From Thelocarpon superellum (taxonomy: Eukaryota): a DNA stretch of 51,017 nt. The DNA is taken from the NCBI GenBank assembly GCA_026025795.1, contig JAPEUG010000090.1:1-51017 (forward strand), read 5' to 3'. Position 1 is the stretch's first letter. Each line of letters starts with the position of its first letter. Of this stretch, positions 24,006 to 36,571 are shown piece after piece. The position numbers and the translations under genes are program-made. The notes below the pieces were generated by a model. It was given only the letters and a program-made list of their open reading frames with translations. It made no database searches and had not been told where the DNA came from.

Positions 24006-25380
24006 ATGACCGACGCCGCCCAGGACCAGATGCAGGTGCGCATCGCCGCCGCGAGGCGCGAGGCAGAAGGCCTGAAGGAGCGGATCAAGGGTCGCAAGGA
24101 TAATCTGGCCGACACGTCTCGTAAGTTGCTCTTCCTGCTCTGCCGCGCCCGGCCGTCCGCGATCGAGACCGGCCGGGCAGGCCGGGCGCGCGCGCACCGA
24201 AACCTCCCCGGCGTCCGTGGGTGCTGATGCGAGAGCCGGGTTGTAGTGCGCCAGGTCTCCAAGGAACACTCGGACGCCTTGCCCAAGATCGGTATGAAGA
24301 TTCGTCGTACACTGAAGGGGCATCTAGCCAAGATCTACGCGATGCATTGGTCGACGGATCGAAGACATCTGGTGTCGGCCTCACAAGACGGCAAGCTCAT
24401 CATCTGGGATGCGTATACCACCAACAAAGTGCACGCCATCCCGCTGCGGTCGTCGTGGGTCATGACCTGCGCCTACGCGCCCAGTGGAAACTATGTCGCC
24501 TGTGGAGGGCTCGACAACATCTGCTCGGTTTACAATTTATCGTCGCGTGAGGGGCCCACCCGCGTCGCCCGCGAGCTGTCCGGCCACTCGGGCTATCTCT
24601 CGTGCTGCCGCTTCATCAACGATCGTCGCATCCTTACCTCGTCGGGCGACATGACATGCATGCTGTGGGATGTTGAGACGGGCTCGCGCGTGACCGAGTT
24701 CGCCGACCATTTGGGCGACGTCATGAGCATCAGCATCAACCCCACGAACCAGAACATATTCGTCTCGGGTGCCTGCGATGCGTTTGCCAAGCTCTGGGAT
24801 ATCCGCACTGGAAAAGCGGTGCAAACCTTTGCCGGCCACGAGAGCGACATCAACGCCATTCAATTCTTCCCCGATGGCAATGCCTTTGGTACCGGCTCTG
24901 ATGACGCCTCGTGCCGACTCTTTGACATTCGCGCCGATCGCGAGCTGAACCAGTACTCCGTACGTGGCCCTGGCGCACCCCCCTTCCCCTTCCGGCACTA
25001 TTCATCCACTAACGGATGCCCGTCTAGAGCGACCAAGTGCTCTGCGGCATCACGTCCGTGGCCTTTTCCGTCTCCGGCCGGCTGCTGTTTGCGGGCTACG
25101 ATGACTATGAGTGCAAGGTGCGTCTGCCGACGAGTCCATGGATGACGAAGCTTGCGCTGACCCCCCATCTTTACAGGTCTGGGACGTACTTCGTGGTGAG
25201 AAGGTTGGATCCCTTCAGGGCCACGACAACCGCGTCAGCTGTCTGGGCGTCAGCAACGATGGAATCAGTCTCTGCACGGGCTCGTGGGATTCGTTGGTAG
25301 GTCTCCGTGACGGAGGGCGAGCGTGGAAGCGATCACTAACACGGCTTTGCCCTGCGCAGCTCAAAATTTGGGCATGGTAG
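24006..25380 (+). CDS. sfaD: Heterotrimeric G-protein beta subunit (WD40; SfaD/GNB-1/Ste4 type)
   Basis: Exons 24006-24120, 24247-24959, 25028-25117, 25177-25296, 25360-25380. [73 protein letters not shown]. Confidence 0.98.
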
Positions 25381-26133
25381 ACGCATGTGTCGCCTGACCT
25401 TGGGCACGTTGGCCCGTCGACGCGATTCCGGAGGTCAACTCGGCTCGATCCGGTTCGGACCCCGGAGCGTAAGGCGACATGCGATGGACCGAGCAGGAGA
25501 TTTGTAATATGACTTGAGAGGCTCCGTGACGACTCCCTGCGATGGCTGCCTGGGAGGGGATGGGGAGGATGTGCGGGGGTTAGTGGGGGGACAGCGCCAG
25601 GAAGAGCAGCCGCATTGGTTGGGTCTCGACGATCTAGTCCAGAGCATTCGCGATAGTTCCCGCACACCTCGTCGGTTGTTTCATTCTTTTTTCCTGCACA
25701 ATCCAAGCGTCTGGTCCAGCTGTCTCTTCACTTCTTCTGCGAATTGGGCCCGGATGCACCTCTCTTAGATCCAAAATGTTCCCTATATCCCGTTTCCGTA
25801 TGTCATCTTCCGACAGGACAATCACACCATCCTACCCTACCGTGGGTGCTCCGGTCGTCCTCACGTCAAGTCCACGCAGAGACGAGCTGCGAGACGACAT
25901 ACCTTTTCGTCTTCCCTTCCAACCTGATTGCCACTCCCATTCTCTGATTTAACCCTTTGATTCAACCCCGCACAGTGTGGTATCCCGCTCTCTCTCTTCT
26001 TTCGGTGTGAATGTGGTCCTTTGCCCCTCCTTCTCTTTAGGTCCGCACAGTGCTCCGTTGGCCAAGGAAGGCGCAGGGCGTCCTCTCTGTCCTTCTACGA
26101 TCGCCCTTGCTCTCGTTAGCTCCTTTTGTTTCT

Positions 26134-26168
26134 CACACACACACACACGCACACACACACACACACAC
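26134..26168. repeat. (CA)n microsatellite with one interruption
   Basis: Read directly, downstream of the G-beta gene. Confidence 0.95.
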
Positions 26169-27041
26169 GATGAAACATCCTACCATGACCTTTCCCCCCA
26201 CTCTTTGTCCTTTCACCGTCACCGTCCAGCTCCGTCTCTTGCGTCTTGTCGATCAATGCGGGTTATTTGCCGGCTCGGCCTCTGTCGGTCCGCGTGACCC
26301 TTTACTGGGATCGCAGCTCGATTGTCTGCCTGCTACTTTGTGAGCTGTGTTCGATTCGTGATTGTGTTGTGGACTGCGCGTTTGCTTTGCGAGTTCTGTG
26401 TTCTGTAGCCGTTTGAAATCTCCTTTTGTTTTCCGAATTAGGGCTTCTATCAGGTAGATTCGTTTCTACTGTCGATAATGCCTACTGGTTCTTCATCAGC
26501 CTCCTCCTCCTCCGAGCCTCTCAGGGCTTAGTATTGTTCGGCTACCCTGGTCACTCACCATACCACTGGTGGACTCTAGTCGGTGTACACCCCCAGGCTT
26601 TCGTAGGCAGATGATTAGAGTAACAATGTACATGTACGTGTGCTGCTCTTTGAAAGGTCCATATTCACTGAGTTGGTAGTCGAGAGAATTCCCTATCACG
26701 TGGCCTAGACATCTTCAATAGTACAGGGAGCCTCTACGCTACAACAACAATAACGGCCTGCGATTGTGATGGGAAGGTGGGGGGTACGTAGGCTTTTGAC
26801 TGGTGGTTGCCATCTTCATGCTCGCTCGAATGCTGTCCAAATTCTACAATGCAAAAGGAAACGGTACTGGACGGAGACAAGCATGGAGATGCGGATGCGG
26901 ATGCGAATTGACCTTTGTGTTACAACGCTCGTCTCGTCGTGATACGTTCCTCGTGAAGTTGCTTGCTTGACCGTATGATACGTCGATGCTTGAATATGCA
27001 CGTGGAAACTTCAAAATGGCCGCAACATGTGGGACTGCATC

Positions 27042-28577
27042 TTATGCCGGACTCACTTCCTCCTCCGATTTCGACCCCCACCCATACGTCGCCGCCAGTC
27101 GACTTCGGAGATAATCACCCGCAGTGATGATGCCTTTGGCCCGGCCGGACCCGTTGGATTCTGACGAGACGGCCTTGACCATGTCGCTGGGCACTGGCTC
27201 CAGTCGGGTCTTATCACCTGGGTGGCAGAAGTAGGCGATGCTATACCGATCGTCCCCTCGTCCCTTGGAGTCGGCAGGAAACACAACCCGATGCACCGTC
27301 GACTTCAACAAACCATTGGTCCAGTGTGCCAGCAGGTCGCCAATGTTCACAAGGATGGGGGGCATCGGGTCATTCTCAGAGCCCGGTGGAGTCACGGGAA
27401 CGGGGAGCCAGCTTGATGATGGCGACAAGATTTCCAAGCCGGGTTGGGAGCGCCGCTGAAAGAGTAATGTGATGCTCCCGTAGTCGCTGTGCGCGCCAGC
27501 TCGTATGTCCACCTCAGGGTTGCATGCGGTATTGGCGTTCAATGCCGGATACTACGACGGCCATGTCAATCGTATGCGGACTGTGCGGGGAGACGCAGAC
27601 GCGCATCTTTGGGTACCACTTACATATAAGAGTCGGAGAATGCTGGCGGAGGGACCCAGGGACGGATCCAGCTTGGAAGAAAACCACTCTTTGCCGCCAT
27701 GTCGAGGGTCAATCTGTCGCGGTGAACGGAGGACCATTAGCACTTTCCTAGGCCGCATGAGGTGAGAGCGTGCAGACCTTGAGGCCCAAGGCAAATAACC
27801 GCAAGATCTTTAAGCAGAGCTCATGACACAGATCCAGGAAATGGCTGAGGTCGGCCTCGTGGGGAACCAAAGATTTGGGAAGGGGTTGCTGGGCTTTGCC
27901 CTGCCGGAATTCGCCCACATTAAACGCCCTGCGCTCGCGTTAGAGTCCTTGGATCATCTATCCGCGACGGACACACTCTTTGAAGTCTCCAACCTACGAT
28001 GGAGCGTCAGCCATGCATCTTCGACACGACGGGGGCCGGTGTGTTCGCCCTTGCCTGGGGATGGCAAAGATGGGAGATGGGAGATGGGAGACGGGAGACG
28101 GGAGACGGGAGACGGGAGATGAGACACGCCGACCATGGATGATGAAGCATCACTCCACGCCGTCTCGAGCACTTACTCGCTGATTTTCGGGATCGAGGGT
28201 TTCGGAATGCATGGAAGACCATCCCTTGTTCTGATACGGTTCAGGAGAGCCACGGCGGAGGACGGGTGTGGCCGACCACTTACTTCTTCCCCGATGGTGC
28301 ATTCCTCTTTCTCGGCGCGCGGCGAGGCGAAGAATTGACGGGACTACATGTCTGAAGTTACTAGAGAGCTTGAGAGGAATGAGAAATGCACAGCAGGCTG
28401 AGATACCAGGCCAAACACCTTCTCCGTCTCCTCGGCCGAGATGCTGCTGCCTTGAGCTTTGATAAAGACGAAGCCATATTTCCCCGCGGCGTCCACCAGC
28501 GCAGCGCCAACCTGCGGACTCAACGACGAAATATCGATGAGCGGTATCTCATGGCTGTCATCTGTGAACCCTGACAT
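27042..28577 (-). CDS. 2-oxoglutarate/Fe(II)-dependent dioxygenase (DIOX_N + 2OG-FeII_Oxy, IPNS-like superfamily)
   Basis: Exons 28577-28407, 28343-28284, 28230-28177, 27993-27977, 27928-27778, 27713-27624, 27551-27042. IPLIDIS, GFVFI, ILRLLYYP, GAHSDYGSITLLFQ (HxD), LVNIGDLL, STVHRV, RYSIAYF (RxS). Confidence 0.92.
28072..28120. repeat. Intronic 7-mer tandem repeat (GGGAGAY)x7
   Basis: Read directly within intron 28176-27994 of the dioxygenase. Confidence 0.9.
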
Positions 28578-28984
28578 GCTTGTGGCTATTTCCTGTCTGG
28601 TCGTGTTCGAACGTGAGGTAGAATCGGGGCGTGAGATTGGCGGACACTTCAGGGAAGGAGGAGGGGCGTGACCGCGCTACGGCGATCGACAACGACCGCG
28701 ATGTGCCAGAAATTTGTCAATTTGTCCGGCCGCCAGCAGCAAGTGACATGTGGATAGTTGGGCACCGGCAGTGACGACGGTTGATTGACCGCTCTCGTCC
28801 TGGACATTATTCTTGCGGCTGTCTCCATCTTTCGCATCATATCTCCGCCGTCGACCGAGTCCAGCAAGGAGGCAGCTGCTCACCACGGTCTCTTCGTGAG
28901 ATGAGATGAGTTGCTGCGTGGGCCCCCAGCCAGCTGCCGAGCCTTTGTTTCTGTTCTTGGTCGCTCGTTGAACAGTCCTCCAGC

Positions 28985-31484
28985 ATGCCTAGTGAGCACC
29001 CGATGCGTCTTGGCCTTTGTGTCCCCAGGCCGCCCTCGCCGGTTCTTCCCCGGGCGGGCTCTGGCCCCCGTGTCGGAGCGCACGACGCTGACGAGGCTTC
29101 AGTCCGCACCTTTGATGAGTGGGCGAGCACCCAAACTCAGACCCTGCCCCTTGGCGCTCTCAAGGACACCGTCGTCGGCATTGAAGCGTCGCACTACCTC
29201 GACGGACTACTCTCGAACCCTCCTTCCAAAGAGCCACTGCTATCGGCTCTCGGCGGCTTTCCCTTTGCGCTTGGCTCGTATCTCGAGAATGAGCTCGAGA
29301 GCATCCGCACCGCAGGCATCACCCCACTCTTCGTCTTTAGTGGCCTGGACGTGGGCAAAGAACCACAGACTTCGCTGGATGAAGCGGCTGCCGCACAAGC
29401 CAACGCGCAAGCGTGGGAGCTCTATGACCAGCACCAGCCAGTTCGCGCGGTGGAGACGTTTGGCGATTCCGGTCCGTTCTCGGCCGTCCTCGTGACAGGC
29501 ATCGGTGCTAACGGACCGTGCTAGGATCGGTCAAGCCGGAGAGTCTCTTCCGCTTCTTCCAAGAGCTCCTTCGCTCACACAAGATTGAGTTCATGGTGGC
29601 ACCGTACAATGCTAGCGGCCAGGTACGTGCCCCGCCTGTCTGCCGCGGCCTCTCCTCTAAGTCCGCATCAGCTCGCATACCTCCAACGCGCCCCGAATCA
29701 GTTGGTCGATGCAGTCATGGGGCCGTCGGAGCTGTTCCTCTTCGACGTGGACAAGATCATCACCAAGCTCGACTTCGAGCATGTCCAGTTTCGCTGGCTG
29801 AGCAAGAGTCTCTGCCAACAAGAGCTAGGCAAGCTCTCGACCGACCTGTTCATCGACGTCTGCATGCTCTCTGGATCCTCCTTTCTGCCCACCTTCCCGC
29901 CCTTGACCAATCCAGCGCTCTACCGCAAGCCGTTCACGATCCGTGATACCACCAACATGATGATGGCCGTGGGCCCCAGCGTGACGGCGGTGTGTACCCA
30001 TTATCAGGACGAGGCGTCGGTGCAGCAGTCGGACTACCTGGACAAGTATCGACGCAGCCGCATGGCGGTGAAGCATCACGTCGTCTTGACGGACGATGGA
30101 AAGGTGCAGCCGCTGAACGTGGAGCTGGCGCCGTCGGACGTGCACGAATTCATCGGCCAGCGGCTCCCGGAGGAACTGTACTTTTACCTGTCCAAGGGCC
30201 TGGTGGGACCACGGGTGCTCAACTGGCTCACGTCGGGCGAGCTGATGGAGCATCCGCCTCTGGACGGGGGCGAGTCGGACGAGTACCGTCGGCTGGTGCG
30301 CACGCAGCTGGCGCCGCTTCGGATGCAGTCGCTGGCTCTCCTGTCGCAGCCGATGTCTCGGTTCTACCACCGGAAGGATGTCACGGCACGATTCTGGTTC
30401 GACAAAGAGATTCGCGACGTGCTCAGTCACCGGGAAGTGGTGCCGACGCCGAGGGAACGGGTGGCGTCGTGGAAGGTCAAGGCGTCGTTGTGGGCGGCAT
30501 TCGGCGTCGCCAAGGAGAGTCCGCCCGGATCGCTCGCCTTCGCCGTCCGCTCTCTGACGGCGCCCGACTTCGTGTCGAAGACGACGACGCCGCTCAAGGA
30601 ACAAAGCCTGCTGGTCTCTACGGAGGAAGTGCTCGCCAACAGCCTCTGGCGCTTCCTGCAGCTGCGGGGCTATACGGATGACCAGCACGCGCCAACGACG
30701 TGGGGTCTCGCGTTGCATGCCGCGTTCTCGTCCCTCCGTCCCTCGGATCATCTTGAGGAGGCGACCTTCATTGCGATGGAGCTTCTTCGCCTCGATCTGC
30801 TGAACGACAAGGACCTCTTCGGCTCGTACATTGGTGCTCCGCTGCGTGGTTCCGGTAGGTCGCCGCGGTCGCCCGTCCCCGCGCGCCCTCACTTGATGGC
30901 TAACGCACCACAGAGGAAGACAAAAAGAACTGTCTGCTCGTGTCTCGTGTGGCTTGCTTGGGTAAGTTGCGACATAAACCGATTGGATTCACCGGGCCTC
31001 TGAGCCGCAACTTGCTCGCCTATCACTCATTCATTGCGGCGATGCGCAACGGCCTGCGCGACTTGGTGGAGATGGTGCTTAGCAACCTACTGCTCAACGG
31101 CGACGCCGACCGCGACCGGAACGACTGGACCGATCTGGGCTTGGATCTGCCGTTCATCGCGGACATCGACTGCGGTCTGGGTATTGCCGTCAAGTCCTAC
31201 CTTGACGATGTGGCGGCGCAGCCGGATGGGGTGACGGAGAAGACCAAGGCCCAGGCCAAAGCCAAGGGCGCGGATGAATGGTTCCCGCACAGTATTAATG
31301 TGGCGGAGGATCTCGACATGGCCTTCCGACTATGGGATGCGGTACGTGGGCTCTCCTCATCCGTCCCCCGCGCATTACTGATGACGTCCGACAGGTCGTG
31401 GTGGGTGTCAAGGCGGCCGGAAAGGAGGTGAGCGGGGCGGAGACGTGGACCGAGGTGAATACCTGGCTGGCGGAGCGGCGATGA
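28985..31484 (+). CDS. MKT1: MKT1-like post-transcriptional regulator (XPG/PIN-like N-terminus, MKT1_N and MKT1_C)
   Basis: Exons 28985-28991, 29103-29471, 29525-29622, 29672-30854, 30914-31341, 31395-31484. GIEASHYL, EPLLSALGGFP, ITPLFVFSGL, FMVAPYNASGQLAYL, PSDVHEFIGQRLPEELYFYLSKGL, GPLSRNLLAY. Confidence 0.9.
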
Positions 31485-32427
31485 AGCGTCGTGCACAACG
31501 GACGTCTTCATTGTCGAGTCGGTATCACCAGCCCTCCCGGCCACAGCCTCGGCACTCCAAGTCCTTGTGGGACAAGGGTCGATATGCGTAGTGGTAGCTG
31601 TAACTGCCGTGGCATGAAAGTCTCACGTGCCTTACCCTCTATCGCTCCCACCGGTCGCTTCAATGACGGACAGCTGAGACGGTTCTCCAACGCGGCATCG
31701 GGCACCTGAGAATCCATTTGACATTGGCCTAGTCGTCCCTGCGACATACTCTTCGCTACGGTGGACGGATCAAGTGTTGATGGACACCTCGCTTCGCATC
31801 TCCGGAGCCACAGGGTCACGTCGTGGGAAGTCTGAAGCGGCTGATGCTCATGCCTCGACCACGCGTGGTCGAGACCTATCTGAATGCTGGCCGGAGCTAA
31901 CGGGAACGCCACCGCCTCTTCGACCGCCAGCCAAGTCAAATCGCATCCTTGAATCAGTGGGTCCGGCTATTTTCCAGCACGGTACGAAGAGTAATCACGT
32001 TGTCCGGGTTCCAGGACTCGCGTCTCTAGACGAAGAGGCAACGTTTCCTTACCCGTCTCAAGCGTGGGCGCTTGGCAAGGGTGGGCCACCGGCGAGGACG
32101 GGTAACTGATTCGTGCTCCGGACCAATGCTGCATGGTCTGCTCGAGACGCTAAATCTGCTCACGCCTGTGCCTGTCAACCCCTCGCTGCGGTTGAAAGTA
32201 GTGGTACAAGTGCGTGGAGCTGCTTGGTAATATCACATTCTCACACGTAGCCGGTACGGGGAGTCCTGAGGCCTGAGACCTCCACCTGAGCTTGATCTGG
32301 GATCGGTCGACTACCTGGTGCCTTCCCTGTCGCATTTCGTCGTCGACTTCAGCCTTGATTTCTCTGTCCTCTCATCGTCGCCATTGTCTTTTACCCCCAT
32401 CCAACCCTGAAGCCTCGTCTCGCCAGC

Positions 32428-33592
32428 ATGACTCGACTCGGCCATCTCCTGGTGACCTCCCTGGCCGTGCTGGGCACGCACGCCGCCTCCGCCGTGCTCG
32501 ATCTGATCCCGGACAACTTCGATGATGTCGTGCTCAAGTCGGGCAAGCCTGCGCTGGTGGAGTTCTTTGCGCCGTGGTGCGGACACTGCAAAAATCTCGC
32601 ACCGGTGTACGAGGAGCTCGGGCAGAGCTTTGCCTACGCCGCGGACAAGGTCACGGTCGCCAAGGTCGACGCGGACGAGCAAAAGTCCTTGGGCAAGCGC
32701 TTCGGCGTGCAAGGCTTCCCAACCTTGAAGTGGTTCGATGGCAAGAGCGACAAACCCGTGGATTACAACGGAGGGCGGGACCTGGATAGCTTGTCCAAGT
32801 TCATCACGGAGAAGACGTCCATCAAGCCCAAGGTCAAGAAGACGCTCCCCACCCAAGTGGAGATGCTCACCGACACCACCTTCCCCCAAGAGATTGGCGG
32901 CGATAAGGACGTGCTGGTGGCCTTTACGGCGCCGTGGTGTGGACGTGAGTGCGCTCCTTTTGCCTCGGCCCGTGCCTGGATTGTGAGCTGACCCACGATG
33001 ACGCGCAGATTGTAAATCCCTGGCCCCGATCTGGGAAAAGGTGGCCTTGGATTTCGCCAACGAACCGACGGTGGTCATTGCCAAGGTAGATGCGGAGGCG
33101 GAGGAGTCCAAGGCAACGGCGCAGGAGCAAGGCGTCTCGTCGTATCCCACCATCAAATTTTTCCGCAAGGGCTCCACCAAGGGCGAACTCTACGAGGGAG
33201 GACGGTCGGAGGAGATTCTCCTCGAGTTCCTCAACAAGCGCGCCGGTACGCACCGATCCGTCGGCGGCAAGCTCGACGGCACGGCCGGCACCATCGAAGT
33301 GCTGGACACGCTCGTGGCCAAGTTCGTGGCGGGCGGAAGCATCAGCAGCGTCGCCAGCGAGCTGAAGAAGGCGGCCAAGGGACTCAAGGAGAAATCGGCG
33401 GAATACTACGTCAAGGTGGTGGAGAAGCTTGAGCAGAACCAGGACTACGTGCAGAAAGAGTCGACGCGTCTGCAGAACATCCTCAAGAAGGGTGGTCTCG
33501 CCCCGGAGAAGCTCGACGATGTCACGATTCGGGCGAATGTGTTGAAGATCTTCCTGGGTCCGAAGGACGAGGATGTCAAGGATGAGTTGTAG
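32428..33592 (+). CDS. tigA: Protein disulfide isomerase TigA/ERp38 (two thioredoxin domains + ERp29-like C-domain)
   Basis: Exons 32428-32944, 33009-33592. Signal peptide, two APWCGHCK active sites (second split by the intron), C-terminal KDEL. Confidence 0.95.
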
Positions 33593-33765
33593 GGATCGGC
33601 GAGAGCGAGGCGTGCGAGAATGAAGCCTCGGCCGGTGATGGATGGTTGTATGATATATCAACAGGGCTGGACCAAGATGTAACCTGCATGCTGTGCTTCG
33701 ACCTTGACTCCCCCCCATCGTCATATTAAGAAACGCATCGTCTGCTAGGATCACAGTCGTCTCTC

Positions 33766-34163
33766 CTATGCGTCTCCATTCTGCAGGGTTTCCTCTAAGC
33801 TATCCAGTCGTCTTGACATGTCGTCCACTGCGGGGGGGAGAGGCATGGTCAGCTTGCTCCACTGCGTCTATAGTACGGGTACAGCGTGGATGCATCAGGC
33901 CACTGCACCCCACTCACTCTTATTGAAGATCTCGGACGAGACGGACGAGAACTTCGAAGACAGAGAGTCTAGTAGCTCATCCACCACCGCCGTCAACTCT
34001 GCCGGGGCGCTGTCGGACACGGTCTGTCATGCCGGGCGCATTAGCTGGGCGGCCTCGAACGGCACCGTGGACAATCTTGTCCTACCGTCTCTTGTTGCAG
34101 GAGACCGTCTGCCGTGACACGCTTCGGATCGGGCGTGGAGCCGTTTCCGGCTTCCGAGGACAT
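33766..34163 (-). CDS. Heat shock factor-binding protein 1 (HSBP1 family), 81 aa
   Basis: Not in the ORF track. Exons 34163-34086, 34023-33918, 33827-33766 with canonical GT/branch/AG signals. Spliced C-half ELTAVVDELLDSLSSKFSSVSSEIFNKMDDMSRRLDSLEETLQ matches the HSBP1 coiled coil. Confidence 0.9.
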
Positions 34164-34335
34164 AGTTACGGGCTGGGTGGACACTGGTCCAGCGAGATGT
34201 AGGGTGGGGTGTCTCTCTTGGGGGAGTTGACGTTGTTGCTTCGCTGGACTCCCGTGCACACACACACCCGGGCCATGTGTTGGGTGCCATCGTCTCCGTC
34301 TCAGTCTCAGTCTCGACCTCGCGTAAAATTTCTCC

Positions 34336-34370
34336 CACCACCACCACCACCACCACCACCGCCGCCGCCC
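34336..34370. repeat. (CCA)n-(CCG)n trinucleotide repeat in the HSBP1/EBP2 divergent promoter
   Basis: Read directly. Confidence 0.9.
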
Positions 34371-34545
34371 GATTAGATATGGCACGGTAGTTGGTGGGAT
34401 CTTCGCTAACGCAACCCGCAACCGAGCCAAAAAGTTCGGCCACTACCAACTACAATACAAGAAAGCTCCGCAGACGCTCTTTTCCTTGACCGCCTTCCAC
34501 CGGAATTGAACGGACGGGCCAAGGAGAGGCTGTACAGGGCCCACT

Positions 34546-36160
34546 ATGGTGAAGAAGAGTCGCCTGCGAGCTGCATTGGATGCGCATCAAGGACGGGACT
34601 ACCAGAAAGAACGACAGTTGAGACTGCAGAAGAAAGCCGCCAAGGCAAAGGCGAAGAGCTCGACGAATGGAGAAGATGTTGAAGGTGGGGCCGGCGCAGA
34701 AGAATCTCAGGGTGATGACACAAATGGAGTGTCGGAGCGGGAAAGCAAAGCTGTCGAGGCGTTGCTGAATGGTGAGGATGAGGTGGATGACGAGAGCGAA
34801 GAGGGCGATGGGCCGTCGTTGGTTAGTGACCTTGTCAAAGGCACATGTACGCCGCCGAGATGAGGCTGACTGACGCCGCTGATGCAGGTGGACTTGTCGA
34901 GGATCGACGACAGCGAGAGTGAGAACGAAAGTGACGAGGAGATGACACTCAACGGTGGCGCACCTCTCCCGAACGGCGCACAAGCGGGGTCAGAAGATGA
35001 AGACGACGAAGACGGCGAAGACGAAGACATTCCCCTTTCCGAAATTGAGAGTCTCTCCTCCGCCGACCGCAACGACATACTGCCGCACCAACGCCTCACG
35101 ATCAACAACACGACGGCGCTCGTCAAGGCCCTGAAATCCATCGCCTTGCCCGTGGAAAAGCTCGCCTTCTCCGAACACCAATCCATCACCTCATCGGCGG
35201 CGACGCAGATTCCCGACATTGAAGACGACCTGAACCGCGAATTGTCCTTTTATGCACAAAGCCTCGAAGCGACGAAGGAGGCGCGCCGCCTGCTGAAGAA
35301 AGAAGGACAGCCGTTCTCGCGGCCGAAGGATTACTTTGCCGAGATGGTCAAGAGCGACGAGCACATGGGCAAGATCAAGCAGAAGCTGGTGGACGACGCG
35401 GCCGGCAAGAAGGCCGCGGCAGAAGCACGACGGCAGCGCGACCTCAAAAAGTTTGGGAAACAAGTGCAGGTGGCGAAGCTGCAGGAACGGGACAAGATGA
35501 AGCGGGAGACGTTGGATAAGATCAACTTGCTGAAGCGAAGTGAGTGCCGTCCATCCATCCATCCATCCTTCCATCTTCAGCTATGGCTACGACTAGAAGC
35601 CTTCTGGCACCTTCGAGAACTAACCTCATGCTTCACTACCAGAACGACGCTCAGCCCCTCTGACAGGCACGCACGAAGAAGAAGGTGGAGCAGGAGGAGC
35701 AAGAGGAGACGGCGAGGACATATTCGGAGACATATCAATCGACGACAGCACGCCGGCAGCCAACAGGAAGAAGAAGCACGCGTCATCAGGGCTCAGCACA
35801 GGCGAGCGAACAAGGAACGGCAACGGCAACGGCGAGAGCAACAGGCACGGCGGCAGCGATAATAGCGCCAAGCGGGTAAAGAGAGATGCGAAATACGGAT
35901 TCGGCGGGAAGAAGCGCTTCTCGAAGAGCAGCGACGCCGTGTCGTCGGGGGATCTTTCGGCTTTCTCGGCTCGGAGAATGAAAGGCGGGGAGGGGAGAGA
36001 TGGGCGTGGGCGTGAACGTGGACGTGGACGCGGGGGTGCAAGGAGGGGCGGAGCGGGGCGGGGCGGGGCAGCAGGAGGAGGAGGAAGGGGGGGAGGGGGA
36101 GGGGCAGGAGGGAAGCAGAGACTGGGCAAGGCAAGGAGGAAATCTGCTTCGTTTGATTAA
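34546..36160 (+). CDS. EBP2: rRNA-processing protein EBP2
   Basis: Exons 34546-34821, 34888-35539, 35643-36160. DDLNRELSFYAQSL, PFSRPKDYFAEMVKSDEHMGKIK, RDLKKFGKQVQ, KRDAKYGFGGKKRFSKS, RGG-rich tail. Confidence 0.95.
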
Positions 36161-36457
36161 GTGCGCGAGCTAGCTGGCTAGTGCAATGCTCAATCAGATA
36201 CCAATTCACTGCGTCACTGCTTCACTGCTTCGCTGACTCGGTACCATTCACTCACACACATCTTTGCGTCTTTAGACAGTCATCGCAGCCTGTCCATATT
36301 ACAGATCTTCCATTCCTAGTAGCTGATCCCACCATCCACCATCCACCACCCCCATCCATCTACCAGTCATCTAGCTGGCCGGCCAGTCTAGAATGAGTAG
36401 GAAAGATGGGAGGGAGAGAGAAAGTAAGCAGGGTATCTCGAGAAGAGGATGATCAAT

Positions 36458-36571
36458 AAGAAGGAGGAGGAGGAGGAGGAGGAGGAGGAGGAAGAGGAGG
36501 GGAAGGAGGAGGAGGAGAAGAAGAAGGAGGAGGAGGAGAAGAAGAAGAAGAAGAAGAAGAAAAGGAAAAAG
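36458..36571. repeat. 114-nt pure polypurine (GAG/GAA)n tract
   Basis: No pyrimidine on the + strand from 36458 to 36571; lies between the convergent EBP2 and RFTS-gene 3' ends. Confidence 0.95.

Noticed and set aside
27042..28577. Dioxygenase as a sign of a secondary-metabolite cluster
   Set aside because: No PKS, NRPS, terpene synthase or cluster transcription factor in the window; neighbours are housekeeping genes.
29825..30892. 355-aa minus-strand ORF
   Set aside because: Antisense shadow of MKT1, expected from high-GC codon bias. The same applies to 1086-1913, 32311-33180, 38907-39740, 45304-46215 and 49962-50837.
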